From Pocillopora damicornis (lineage: Eukaryota): a stretch of DNA of 64,000 nt. The stretch covers positions 1 through 64,000 of the forward strand of contig NW_020846333.1 of the NCBI RefSeq assembly GCF_003704095.1, read 5' to 3'. Below, piece after piece: positions 25,695 to 37,859 of the stretch (its first letter is position 1; the number at the start of each line of letters is the position of its first letter). The notes beneath the pieces were generated by a model. The model did no database searches and was not told the DNA's origin. It saw only the letters and a list, made by a program, of their open reading frames with translations. Both the position numbers and the translations under genes were made by a program.

Positions 25695-27380
25695 NNNNNN
25701 NNNNNNNNNNNNNNNNNNNNNNNNNNNNNNNNNNNNNNNNNNNNNNNNNNNNNNNNNNNNNNNNNNNNNNNNNNNNNNNNNNNNNNNNNNNNNNCTTTAT
25801 AAATTCATTTGTTTATTTTCTAATGCTTTATTGTTTTGCATTTTTCCTTACTAGGAAGGGTAAATATTATCAAGAGATGAAAAAAAAACCGCTACATTTA
25901 TCTGTAAAAACTTTTTTTTTTCTCTCTTCCAAAAATTATATCGTACGATGAAAGTAGTGCTCGAAAAAATAAAAATGCAAACCTTTCTGGTCACGTGATT
26001 CCAGCACTGAAGAGTGATCCAACAAACCATTGTTGCAGGATTATAAGAAAAGCGTCTTATTAGGTTTGCAATACGTGCAAGAGCTGTGATTGTTGTGCCG
26101 CATGCGATTCTCAACGTTTAAAACCAAACCCCGTGAACTCGCTCCTTCCACGGGGTGAATGTCAAGTTCGCTGGGCAATCAGCTGCAGGGACATGTAATG
26201 AGAAATCTCTAAGCGAGTCTATATGGACATAAAATCGCTTCCGATTTGGACGATATTTTTAAATTTGTGACGGTAAATCTTACAACGCTAGTGACTATTC
26301 ACTACCAGACCTAATCCCTGCTTTTGTCCCATATAGTGGTTTGGAATTTTTTTCCCTCGGCTCCGGTTTCCTGATAGCCAATTATAGTTACACTAGAAAC
26401 TCGACATAGCCTTTTTTTTCCACGGAAACCAAGGTATTGATGATTTTGCGAGTTTTGAAATGATATTTCCGCGTTAATTTTTCAAATAACTTTATTTTTA
26501 AATGTTATTTTCTTTTAAAACTGGAAGTTATTTTCTAATCATTCATAACAAAAAATTAGAACTTTTGAGTCTCATTTATTCAATGCATTCCTAATTTGTC
26601 TCGCCTTGTTATATGGAACAAAATCTAAGACTATTTTTCAAAACAGTCTTAAGAACACTTAAGCTTAGTTAGAAAATCAGTAACCACCTCTAATTATGAC
26701 GTAATTACCCAGTCGATGCCCATTTTTAAAAACAGTTGTCACCTTCCTTGTTGATTATTTATACATGTGAAATTATGCAATCATAAATTGTTCTTAAATT
26801 AAATTTTAATCAAAAATATATTTTCTTAGATTGAAAAACCCGGACTTTATCTATCCTGTCCAATAAATGATTGCAAAAAGCAGCACATGGTCTTAACGTT
26901 TTCCAGCTATATATTCTCAGTCTGTGAAAAAAGTCAAACTTGTTAAATGTTTCTATACAGCAGGTAGTTTTTCTGTTATATTAGCAATTTTTTTAAGGAC
27001 TCGCCGTTAAATTTCTTGGTCTAGATTATTATTCAAATCACTACCGACGATGCGCAAAAATACCTTGAACTTAAAGAAAAAACAAAAACAAAGCCTTCAG
27101 ATCGGAGAAAAAACAATTAAAGAGGATATTAATAAACCGAGAAGAAACATGGATGGCCAAGTGGTGAGGGATGGAGAAGATTAAAACGGCTTGAAACTGA
27201 CGAACTTGAAAGACCTGGGCTAATTACTTCAAGTCAAAAGGTTTTTGTCTCCAAGTGTAATTGTAAGTCTTGATATTATTGCTGAGAGTTCTTCCAGACA
27301 AGTGATAAAACAGTACTAAAAATAAAAAAAAGACACAAGTAAGGAGCGGCTCAAGAAGCAAAATTCACTTTTGAATAAGT

Positions 27381-29319
27381 CTATTTCAAAGTGTACAATT
27401 TTTTCTCATCATAGCTAGTAACAAGAATACGCCCGTCTGGTGCTTTTGTTATCGCCATAGGCTGAGATAAACGGGTGATACTTTTGCCGGTGAAGCGACC
27501 GTCTAAAGAAAACTGCTGAACTCGGTTATTGCCAAAGTCACATACTAAAAGATTATCGGAGCTGTCTACAAGCAAACCACGCGGCCGGTTAAATTGTCCA
27601 TCTTGATTCCCTTGTTTGCCGAACTTGTATAAGAATGTTCCTAACTGATCAAAAGCTTTTATGCAGTGGTTGCTTGTATCAGATACGAGAAACACGTTTT
27701 TATAAAGAGTGCAGCAGGTTGGACCAAGCAGTTTCTCTGAGCCTTTGTCTCCAAATGTGAAAATAGACTCTCCTTCCTCTGACATCACCTGTATCCTACC
27801 ATTCCTATGCTCGGTTACAACAATGCGTTCTTCATCATTCACAGTAACGTCTATTGGCCTGCCAAACTCTCCTTTTTCTCTGCCTTTTTTCCCAAAACTT
27901 TTAACAACAGTTCCTGTGTTAATATCAAGTCGCTGTATTCTATCATTGATATTATCTGCAATTAGGACTTCGTTGTCATTTAAAAACAAAATGCCATCAG
28001 GGAACTGAAATTGTCCTGTACTGCTACCTCGGCCTCCAATTTTCTTCAAACAGTTACCATCTTTATCAAACACATAAACACAGTGGCCATTGTTATCTGT
28101 CACAACTATCTGGCCTTCTGTATTCACAGAAATTCCATACAACCCTTTAAGCGTGTCGCCTGAAAAGAGCTTTAACTTCAACTCCCTGACCACAACAAGT
28201 TCACGTTCTTTTACTTGCATAGTCATGGGACAGGTCGGTAGTTTATCGCCGTTAATCTTCACCTCAAAACTATAGGCGCCAGGTACTTTGGGAGTAAACT
28301 TCAGTCTAAGATTGCCGTCTTCTTTCTCTTCAACATTCACGTCTGTAACATCTTTGACGGGTTTAATCAGCAGTTCAACTCGACCCTTGAGATCCGCCTG
28401 GTTACTTATCTCTTCTCCAGGTGTCTTTGGACATAACGTAAACTGTGCTTCTACACCAGCCTGGAAAGTTTGATCCAGTCCTTCTAAAGTTGATTTAGCN
28501 NNNNNNNNNNNNNNNNNNNNNNNNNNNNNNNNNNNNNNNNNNNNNNNNNNNNNNNNNNNNNNNNNNNNNNNNNNNNNNNNNNNNNNNNNNNNNNNNNNNN
28601 NNNNNNNNNNNNNNNNNNNNNNNNNNNNNNNNNNNNNNNNNNNNNNNNNNNNNNNNNNNNNNNNNNNNNNNNNNNNNNNNNNNNNNNNNNNNNNNNNNNN
28701 NNNNNNNNNNNNNNNNNNNNNNNNNNNNNNNNNNNNNNNNNNNNNNNNNNNNNNNNNNNNNNNNNNNNNNNNNNNNNNNNNNNNNNNNNNNNNNNNNNNN
28801 NNNNNNNNNNNNNNNNNNNNNNNNNNNNNNNNNNNNNNNNNNNNNNNNNNNNNNNNNNNNNNNNNNNNNNNNNNNNNNNNNNNNNNNNNNNNNNNNNNNN
28901 NNNNNNNNNNNNNNNNNNNNNNNNNNNNNNNNNNNNNNNNNNNNNNNNNNNNNNNNNNNNNNNNNNNNNNNNNNNNNNNNNNNNNNNNNNNNNNNNNNNN
29001 NNNNNNNNNNNNNNNNNNNNNNNNNNNNNNNNNNNNNNNNNNNNNNNNNNNNNNNNNNNNNNNNNNNNNNNNNNNNNNNNNNNNNNNNNNNNNNNNNNNN
29101 NNNNNNNNNNNNNNNNNNNNNNNNNNNNNNNNNNNNNNNNNNNNNNNNNNNNNNNNNNNNNNNNNNNNNNNNNNNNNNNNNTTGACACTGCGAGCAAAAA
29201 AACCGTGTAATTTCTCTCTCGTGGAACTCTTGAGAGCAAAACGGTTGTCGCTTTAATAATGCTTCGTAATCTTCTACTTTGAAGTCTTGAAGTGGCGTGA
29301 CTTTGTGTCCTTGAAAAGA
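27381..29319 (-). CDS. Class B TRIM-NHL; middle in gap 28500-29181, 5' end in gap 29320
   Basis: 29182-29319 encodes the B-box1/B-box2 linker (FQGHKVTPLQDFKVEDYEALLKRQPFCSQEFH). 27381-28499 encodes filamin plus six NHL repeats with a normal stop. Confidence 0.85.
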
Positions 29320-29419
29320 NNNNNNNNNNNNNNNNNNNNNNNNNNNNNNNNNNNNNNNNNNNNNNNNNNNNNNNNNNNNNNNNNNNNNNNNNNNNNNNNN
29401 NNNNNNNNNNNNNNNNNNN

Positions 29420-30800
29420 AATTAACTCGGCTAAACAGGAAGTGGAATCCTTAGTAAAACAAATGAACCAAGCCGCTCAATTTGCGGAAATTCTGGTAGA
29501 AAGAAGCTCAAGCTCGGATATTATGCAGAAGAAAGAAACTTTAAAGACCAAATTTGAAGAGCTTCTGCGAGTTGAAGTTCCAAAACATCAGCAGACGACA
29601 TTCATTAAATTCACTGCGACATCTCAAAAGGACTTAAAACTGGGTTTTATTGAAGTCACTGAGGGCACCGCAAAGGCAGCTAAATCAACTTTAGAAGGAC
29701 TGGAGAAATCCTTCCAGGCTGGAGTTGAAGCAGAGTTTACATTTTGTCCAAAGACATCTAGAGGAGAAATGAGTAACCAGGCTGATCTTAAAAGTCGAGT
29801 TGAATTGCTGATTAAACCCGTCAGGGATGCGGTGAGAGACGTAACTGTTGAAGAGAAAGAAGACGGCAATCTAAGATTGAAGTTTACTCCCAATGAACCT
29901 GGGGCCTACAGCATTGAGGTGAAGATTAATGGCGATAAACTACCAACCTGTCCCACGACTGTGCAGGTTAAAGAACGTGAACTTGTTGTGGTCAATGAGT
30001 TGATGTTAGAGCTCTTTACAGGGGACACGTTTGAATGGTTATATGGAATTGCTGTGAATACAGAAGGCCAGATAGTTGTGACAGATAACTTTGGCAACTG
30101 TGTTTATGTCTTTGACATAAATGGCAATTGTGTGAGAAAAATGGGAAGCAAGGGTACCAGCACAGGACAATTTCAGTACCCTAATGGCATATCGTTTTTA
30201 AATGACAACGAAGTCCTTATTGCAGACTACGGCAATTGCAGGATACAACGACTTAATATTCAGACTGGAACTGTGGTGAAAAGCTTTGGAAAAAAAGGCA
30301 CGGAAAAAGGAGAGTTCGACAGACCAATAGACGTTATTGTGGATGATCAAAAGCGCATTGTTGTAATCGAGTGGGGCAATGGTAGGATACAGGTGATGTC
30401 AAAGGATGGACAGTCTATTTTTACATTTGGAGACAAAGGCCCAGGGAAACTTGATGGTCCAACCTGCTGTATTCTTTGCGAAAACATGTTTCTCGTATCT
30501 GATGAAGGTAACCACTGCATAAAAGCGTTTGATCAGACAGGAACATTGTTATACCAGTTTGGCAAACAAGGGTATCAAGATGGACAATTAAAAGCGCCCT
30601 ATGGTTTGCTTGTAGACAGCTCCAATAATCTTCTGTTATGTGACTCTGGCAATAACCGAGTTCAACAGTTTTCTTTGGACGGTCGCTTCACCGGCAAAAG
30701 TATCACTCGTTTATCTTCTCCTGTGGCGATAACAAAAGCGCCAGACGGACGTATTCTTGTTACTAGCCATAATGAGAAAAAAGTGTACATTTTGAAATAG
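29420..30800 (+). CDS. Class B TRIM-NHL, C-terminal two thirds; 5' part in gap
   Basis: Open frame from coiled-coil end through filamin and six NHL repeats to KKVYILK*. Confidence 0.9.
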
Positions 30801-31385
30801 ACTTTTNNNNNNNNNNNNNNNNNNNNNNNNNNNNNNNNNNNNNNNNNNNNNNNNNNNNNNNNNNNNNNNNNNNNNNNNNNNNNNNNNNNNNNNNNNNNNN
30901 NNNNNNTTAAGAGAATTTGATATTAATTCAAACACCCTCTAGCAAATAATTTTGCCCTTTTGATATCATTTCCTTGTGGGACAATTGCTCCTGATTTTAT
31001 TTAAAAAAAAAAGCAGCATGCTGAACAATTGTAAGGGGCTAGGGCATGCAATGTACCCTTACAAAATCAGGGGCAAGTTAGAATAGTCCATTTAACAATT
31101 GTGTGCCTGGTTTCCAAGTCTTTGAACAGGAGCAAGGCAAAGGTGACCTCGTTATGTTACAAATGTTGCTCTTTTTTCAAATGTAAATTACTTTGGTATC
31201 ATGGTAACTAGATATTGGTCTCTGTCACAAGACGGTCACCTTCAGCCTCACTCCAAATCATTAAGGCTTGGCAACTAAGTACACAACTGTAATGTGATTT
31301 ATACTTGCAAAACTGAAGAGAAATACCAAGTTTTAAAAGGTCATCTAGCTAAACATTACAAGAAACCAACATTGTTAATGCATAC

Positions 31386-31508
31386 CTGGTGGTGAAGGGG
31401 AAGCATTGTGGTTGTTAAGAGGGCCCCCAGGGTAGGGGGTAGCTTTTTTTCTGAAGGATAACTCGTTGGTACATCTGGCCGACCAGAGGGGTAGGGTGGG
31501 AGATTTCC
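31386..31508 (-). pseudogene. IST1: Second IST1 copy, penultimate-type exon (123 nt; apparent frameshift at an A7 run)
   Basis: Homologous to 2163-2234 with AG/GT boundaries. Starts GNLPPYPSGRPDVPTSYPSEK and continues ATPYPGGPLNNHNASPSPP in a different frame. Confidence 0.6.
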
Positions 31509-32163
31509 CTGTTGAGTAAAAAAGATGCAGCCATGTTAATATTATCATTTTCAAATTTGACAAATTGTAACAAATTACTTTGTTAATGTTATGTGATATT
31601 TTGAGTGCCTCTCTTCATTTGCATGACTGAGTACTATGCCTTAAAATATTACCCCATCTTAAGGTGAAAACCTCCAAAAGTGCTTACCATCAATATCAGT
31701 CATAACAACTATATTTAGACTGGAGGCTCCAACAATGTTTCTTCCTCTAAAAACAAGTGCTAAGGGCAATATTATTACCCTTTCACTCATGTGAATGACG
31801 AAGACAGAATTTCTCATTGCAATATCATGACATCAAGCAAACAAGTGATGAGATGAAATAAGTTGATCCAATACCAAATTCTCTGAACTAAAATCTTAAG
31901 AGTTGTATGACAGTAAGGAGAATTACTAAATGAGATCCTGGGTGAAAGGGTTATAGGGCATCATGCAATATTGCACTAAGTGCCTTTAATGTGTTGCAGA
32001 ATTGCATAGCACAGAAACAAAAATGAAAAAGGCATTACAGCCCTGAAGGGTTCTCTCATTTTGAACAACTTTTTATAACCCCACACCAAAATTAAGAGTG
32101 ACTAGTCTTCCTCATGTTAAGTTAAATGTACATCTATGCAGTTATGGTGGAACAATGACTTAC

Positions 32164-32358
32164 ATGTATTGGTGGTGGGTATGCTGCATATCCCATGTTA
32201 CCTCCTGTCATGGGTCGAATACCAGGCCTGTTAGAGCCTGCTCCATAGCCCTCAAATCCAATGTGACCTCCTCCACTGCTAGAACCTTCTCCACTACTAG
32301 AACCTCCTCCACTAGGTGGCCTTGGCTTGATGTCATCATCTGGAGGTATCTGAGCTTC
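32164..32358 (-). CDS. IST1: IST1 internal exon (Gly/Pro-rich linker, 65 codons) of the second copy
   Basis: tcaatag| EAQIPPDDDIKPRPPSGGGSSSGEGSSSGGGHIGFEG...YAAYPPPIH |gtaagt, phase 0-0. Resembles the low-complexity IST1 linker (human EAPPG..DDVKKGGPGRGGSGG). Not present in the ORF track. Confidence 0.6.
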
Positions 32359-32489
32359 CTATTGAAGATTTTACCAATTATTAATGTGATGTTTCACTTG
32401 TGCCACAATCATTCAATAATGATTCATTAGCCCAGGTATGGATTCCCATCCAGGGTGAGTGGTATGATGTCAGTAGCATGGATAGGGGC

Positions 32490-32595
32490 ATAGCTAGTGG
32501 CATTGGCTAGTGGCATTCATTTAGCTAATTGCATGAGCTAATTGATGGTGGCATAAGCTGATTGCACCAGGCTAGTGGCATAAGCTAGTTGCTAT
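32490..32595. repeat. Degenerate ~13-bp minisatellite (gctagtggcataa)
   Basis: Repeated gctagtggcat / gctaattgcat / gctagttgct units. Confidence 0.55.
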
Positions 32596-33699
32596 CTTTT
32601 TTTTCTGGATAGCAATCTGTCGTAGTTTAAACCCACACTCTTATTCACCGAGCAATTTTTTATTTTATTTATATGGTCTAAAGACACAAGTTAAAATTCA
32701 GTGTCAATAAACCTACAATGTAAAAGCTATCAGGAATTGTCTTACAGTCAAGTTAACACTCACTCTTTGATTCACTGTGCTATTGGCATTGATTGCAGCT
32801 TCATGTCCAAACTCTTAGCCATAATTCAGTCCAAGGTGGTCAGAGATCTGCATGAAATGACAAAAAACAAAGATATTAAACCAGTTGAATAATAATTTGC
32901 AAATTATTCAAAAAGAACTTTCAAGACCTAAATATAATGTTTGCATCGTTCTGCCTTGTATAATTTATAAATCAATTTTATTAATAAATAATTATCCAAT
33001 AATACATATGTTGTCCTTGACTACCACTGTAACTCTTTATTCAGTCATCATCATTATTGTTAGTAATAATTATTTATAATACTTAATGCTAATTTAACTT
33101 TTTTTCTTTTTAAATGTTGTGCATCCATCTCAGTGATATATTGACATTATGTGGGTCAAAGAGAATTTGAGACAAAACTATCACTGCAATAAATTTGGGA
33201 ACTGAGATGTGTCCAGAAATGTATGCAGTAACAAAAATGGTGAAAGCTTGCTAAAATTGTCAAATCCAGGAAAATTCACTCAGTTTGACAAAAATGAATG
33301 AACATTCACTTTGTTTAACGAAATTTCATGAAATCTGCTATTTTTGTTACTGCATGCATTTCTAGACAAAAATGGGCAGTTGGGAGGGAAAAAGGGAACA
33401 TGTTATCCAAATTCAAACATCTTAAGATTTAGGATTTACAGAGGTTTGCATCTGTGCTATATACTATACAAGAAAATAATTTAAATTCAATCTATCAATC
33501 TAGATTCTGCAAAACTGTTGAAGGGGCTTGTATTTAGCACTAAAAGGAAGAAAAACTCACACAGATGATCATGAGGAGAATTTGAAGTCAATTGATCATC
33601 CAAAACAGCCCTCCGCGTTTAAATATTGGACACCATCAGTTTTCTACACATATTTCAATTCTCACAGCTTTCAATTTGAAACTTGATAACTTAATTCTT

Positions 33700-33850
33700 C
33701 TCTAATTTCTTTTAAAAACTTGTGTAGCTCTGGAACCTTCATATTTTTGAAGAGGGCATTATTCGCTGCCATGTTTCCCCTCAGCCTCAACTTGATGTTA
33801 AAATTGGTTACCAGACTTTCTCGCACAAACAATTCGAAACTGCCCACATA
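33700..33850 (-). mobile_element. 5' remnant of the same SWIM-type transposon ORF seen at 4570-5448
   Basis: MAANNALFKNMKVPELHKFLKE; DNA aligns with 5385-5500. Confidence 0.6.
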
Positions 33851-33877
33851 CATTGTTTCTAACTATTGTCAATACCG

Positions 33878-35290
33878 ATGGAGTCGCTTTTGGTAAATCT
33901 CAGGAAACAAGTTACTTGTTCCATTTGCCTCGATACCTACACCGAGCCCAAAACTATATCATGTCTTCACACGTTTTGCTGTGAATGTCTAGAGAAACAT
34001 GCAAAAGTGAGCCAGAAACAGGGAAAATTCCGATGCCCCGAGTGTCAGGCAGCGATCGATTTACCAGAAGGAAATCGCTTCGACCGTTTGCCTAACAGCT
34101 TTTTCCATAAAAGTTTGTTGAGTCTTCTCGCTGTTCGACAAAGTGGCAAGGCAAGTAGCATTACTTGCTATCAATGCAGCGCAACCAACCCTCAGATGTA
34201 CTACTGCTTCGATTGTGGACGATTCATGTGCCCTGATTGTTTCAACGCACATGAAGTGCTCAAGAAGTCTTTTCAAGGACATAAAGTCACGCCAGTTCAA
34301 GACTTCAAAGCAGAAGATTACGAAGCATTGTTGAGGCGGCAACCGTTTTGTTCTCAAGAATTCCACGAGAGAGAAATTACACGGTTTTTTTGCTCGCAGT
34401 GTAAGGTTTGCATTTGTCCAATTTGCATAGTCACGGATCATCAAAACCACAAAGTTGTTCTTCTCGACAAAGCAGCCCACGAGGAAAAGAATAACATCAT
34501 GTCGGGCGCAAAATTGATCAAGAATATGGAAAGCGAGCTCCAGGAAGTCATTAGGCAGTTTGAAGAAACCATTTCTAAGCTGGAAAGTAATATGGCAACG
34601 GCTAAGCGAAGCGTCAAGCAAGCAGCTGAACAAATGATCGCAAGTATTCGAGAGCGCGAGCGAGAGGCGTTGGAATCCCTGGAGGCAACACGCGTGTCGA
34701 GACTCCATATAATTAACTCGGCTAAACGGGAAGTGCAATCCTTAGTAAAACAAATTAACCAAGCAGCTCAGTTTGCAGAAAATCTGGTGCAGAGAACCTC
34801 AAGCTCGGTTATTATGCAGAACAAAGAAACTTTAAAGACCAAATTTGAAGAGCTTCTGCGAGTTGAAGTTCCAAAACATCAGCAGACGTCATTCGTCAAA
34901 TTCACTGCTGCATCTGAAAAGTATTTAAAACTGGGTTTTATTGAAGTCACTGACGACACCGCAAAGGCTGCTAAATCAACAATAGAAGGATTAGATAAAA
35001 CTTTGCAGGCTGGTGTGGAAGCAGAGTTTACGTTATATCCAAAGACATCTAGAGGAGAGATGAGTAACGAGGCTAATCTTAAAGGTCGTGTCGAACTGTT
35101 AATTAAACCCGTCAAGGATGTTAGAAACGTGGTTGTCGAAGAGAAAGAAGACGGCAATCTTGGATTGAAGTTTACTCCCAAAGCACCTGGCACCTATAGC
35201 ATTGAGGTGAAGATTGATGGCGATAAACTGCCGCACTGTCCCATGACTGTGCAGGTAGAAGAACTTGAACCTTTTGAACTGTTTGACTAA
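33878..35290 (+). CDS. Class B TRIM truncated after the filamin domain (RING-B1-B2-CC-filamin, ~470 aa); NHL remnant out of frame at 35290-35627
   Basis: A deletion of NHL blade 1 at ~35270-35280 shifts the frame to a stop at 35288-35290. Blades 2-4 remain readable downstream up to the gap. Confidence 0.85.
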   Translation: MESLLVNLRKQVTCSICLDTYTEPKTISCLHTFCCECLEKHAKVSQKQGKFRCPECQAAIDLPEGNRFDRLPNSFFHKSLLSLLAVRQSGKASSITCYQCSATNPQMYYCFDCGRFMCPDCFNAHEVLKKSFQGHKVTPVQDFKAEDYEALLRRQPFCSQEFHEREITRFFCSQCKVCICPICIVTDHQNHKVVLLDKAAHEEKNNIMSGAKLIKNMESELQEVIRQFEETISKLESNMATAKRSVKQAAEQMIASIREREREALESLEATRVSRLHIINSAKREVQSLVKQINQAAQFAENLVQRTSSSVIMQNKETLKTKFEELLRVEVPKHQQTSFVKFTAASEKYLKLGFIEVTDDTAKAAKSTIEGLDKTLQAGVEAEFTLYPKTSRGEMSNEANLKGRVELLIKPVKDVRNVVVEEKEDGNLGLKFTPKAPGTYSIEVKIDGDKLPHCPMTVQVEELEPFELFD

Positions 35291-37859
35291 AAGTGGAGGC
35301 GAGGGTAGCAATACGGGACAATTTCAGTACCCTGATGGCATTTCGTTTTTAAATGACAACGAAGTCCTAATTGCAGACTTAAAGAATTGCAGAATACAAC
35401 GACTTAATATTCAGACAGGAACTGTAGTGAAAAGTTTTGGAAAATTCGGTAAAGAAAAAGGAAAGCTAGGAAATCCAGTAGACGTTACCGTCGACGATGA
35501 AGGGCGCGTTGTTGTAACCGAGTGGGGCAATAATAGGATACAGGTGATGTCAGACGAGGGACAGTCTATTTTCACATTTGGAGACAAAGGCCCAGAGAAA
35601 CTCTGTAGGCCAACCTGCTGCATTCCTNNNNNNNNNNNNNNNNNNNNNNNNNNNNNNNNNNNNNNNNNNNNNNNNNNNNNNNNNNNNNNNNNNNNNNNNN
35701 NNNNNNNNNNNNNNNNNNNNNNNNNNNTTGAGAGTATCATATTACGTTGCCACAATTCAGTCCGAGAGAGATGGTAGTGATACACATTTATGCCAAGTAT
35801 GAGAAAAATCCCTCGCAAAATGGCTAAGTTATTCTCAATTTTGTGAAAAATATGGGTTAAAGGCAGGGTGACCCAGNNNNNNNNNNNNNNNNNNNNNNNN
35901 NNNNNNNNNNNNNNNNNNNNNNNNNNNNNNNNNNNNNNNNNNNNNNNNNNNNNNNNNNNNNNNNNNNNNNNNNNNNNNNNNNNNNNNNNNNNNNNNNNNN
36001 NNNNNNNNNNNNNNNNNNNNNNNNNNNNNNNNNNNNNNNNNNNNNNNNNNNNNNNNNNNNNNNNNNNNNNNNNNNNNNNNNNNNNNNNNNNNNNNNNNNN
36101 NNNNNNNNNNNNNNNNNNNNNNNNNNNNNNNNNNNNNNNNNNNNNNNNNNNNNNNNNNNNNNNNNNNNNNNNNNNNNNNNNNNNNNNNNNNNNNNNNNNN
36201 NNNNNNNNNNNNNNNNNNNNNNNNNNNNNNNNNNNNNNNNNNNNNNNNNNNNNNNNNNNNNNNNNNNNNNNNNNNNNNNNNNNNNNNNNNNNNNNNNNNN
36301 NNNNNNNNNNNNNNNNNNNNNNNNNNNNNNNNNNNNNNNNNNNNNNNNNNNNNNNNNNNNNNNNNNNNNNNNNNNNNNNNNNNNNNNNNNNNNNNNNNNN
36401 NNNNNNNNNNNNNNNNNNNNNNNNNNNNNNNNNNNNNNNNNNNNNNNNNNNNNNNNNNNNNNNNNNNNNNNNNNNNNNNNNNNNNNNNNNNNNNNNNNNN
36501 NNTTTTTTAAGAAAATATATCTTTAATTAAGCTTTAATTCAAGAACGATTTATGACTGCAAAATTTCACATGTATAAGTAGTCAAGAAGCGCAAGAGGTA
36601 AGGTGACAACCGTTTTTAAAAATGGTCATCTACTGGGTAATTACGTCATAATTAGAGGTGGTTACTGATTTTCTAACTAAGCTTAAGTGTTAGCTCTAAA
36701 CCATTTTGAAAAATACTGCTAGATTTGGTTCTATATAATAAGGCGTGAAAAACTAGGAATGCATTGAATAAATGAGACTTAAAAGTTATTTCCAGTTTGT
36801 TGTTATGAATGATTAGGAAGTGATTTCCAGTTTTAAATATAAATAAAATTTCGAGATAAAGTTATTTCAGATAATTGGCTATCAGGAAACCGAAGCTGAG
36901 GCAATAAAACTCTTACCCCTTTTCTCCTCAAGCGACAAAAACTGGGATAAGCTTTGGTATAGTGAAGAGTCACTAGCTTCATAATTTTTAACCCTTGCAG
37001 ACTTGAACACATTTTTCTTTTTATTCAAATGTATCAAAACCCGTAATCACCAAAATTGCAAAAACTTATTCCTATATAAACTCGCTAGAAGATTTTTGAT
37101 CACATAAACCCTTGAAACTTTTAAGATTGCAATAAATCTCGCTACAAGGGGCCCCTTAGGCGAGTATGTTTTGTAGCCTTTATCTTTTGCAAATTATGCG
37201 TAGCACATATGCATGTGTATAAGACGAAACTTGAAAGAAACAGTTCTCTTGCGTATTATCACATGATCTACACTGGAAAAACCAAATTAAACCTAAGGTC
37301 TATTCTTCAATGGGTCGAGATTTGATGGAAGTCCTGGCCGTAAACATTATACTTTTATTTCAGTAAAACGTACATTCATCACAGGCGCAAATTTTGGAAA
37401 GAGAAGTTTCAGAGAGGAAACGTCGCAGTTATTTTCTTCTCCTAGTAAAATTTACCCTTCCTAGTGAGGAAAAGACATAACGATAAACCAATAGAAAATA
37501 AACAAATAAATTTATCAACAAATAAAAAATCTGTCAAGTAAACAAATAAAAAATCTGTCAAGTAAACAAATAAATAAAACGTGATTGGAAATAATTGTCG
37601 TCCCATTTCTGCCACTAAACCATCAGCAACGTAGGTGCATTGTTCAGTAATTAAATCATTTGTACAAAACTAAATGGGACAAACTAATTTAAGTGCTTAT
37701 TGAACGATTAACACGATGGAAAATCAGAAATCACCGCAAATAATTCACTTTTTGCCTGCTTCATTTGATGCTCACATAATTTGTCTCCGTTTACAAATAT
37801 ACATGAATTACTATTGCGGACCTATTTCTGTAGGAAATCTCTGGGTCAGTTTGGACAAA

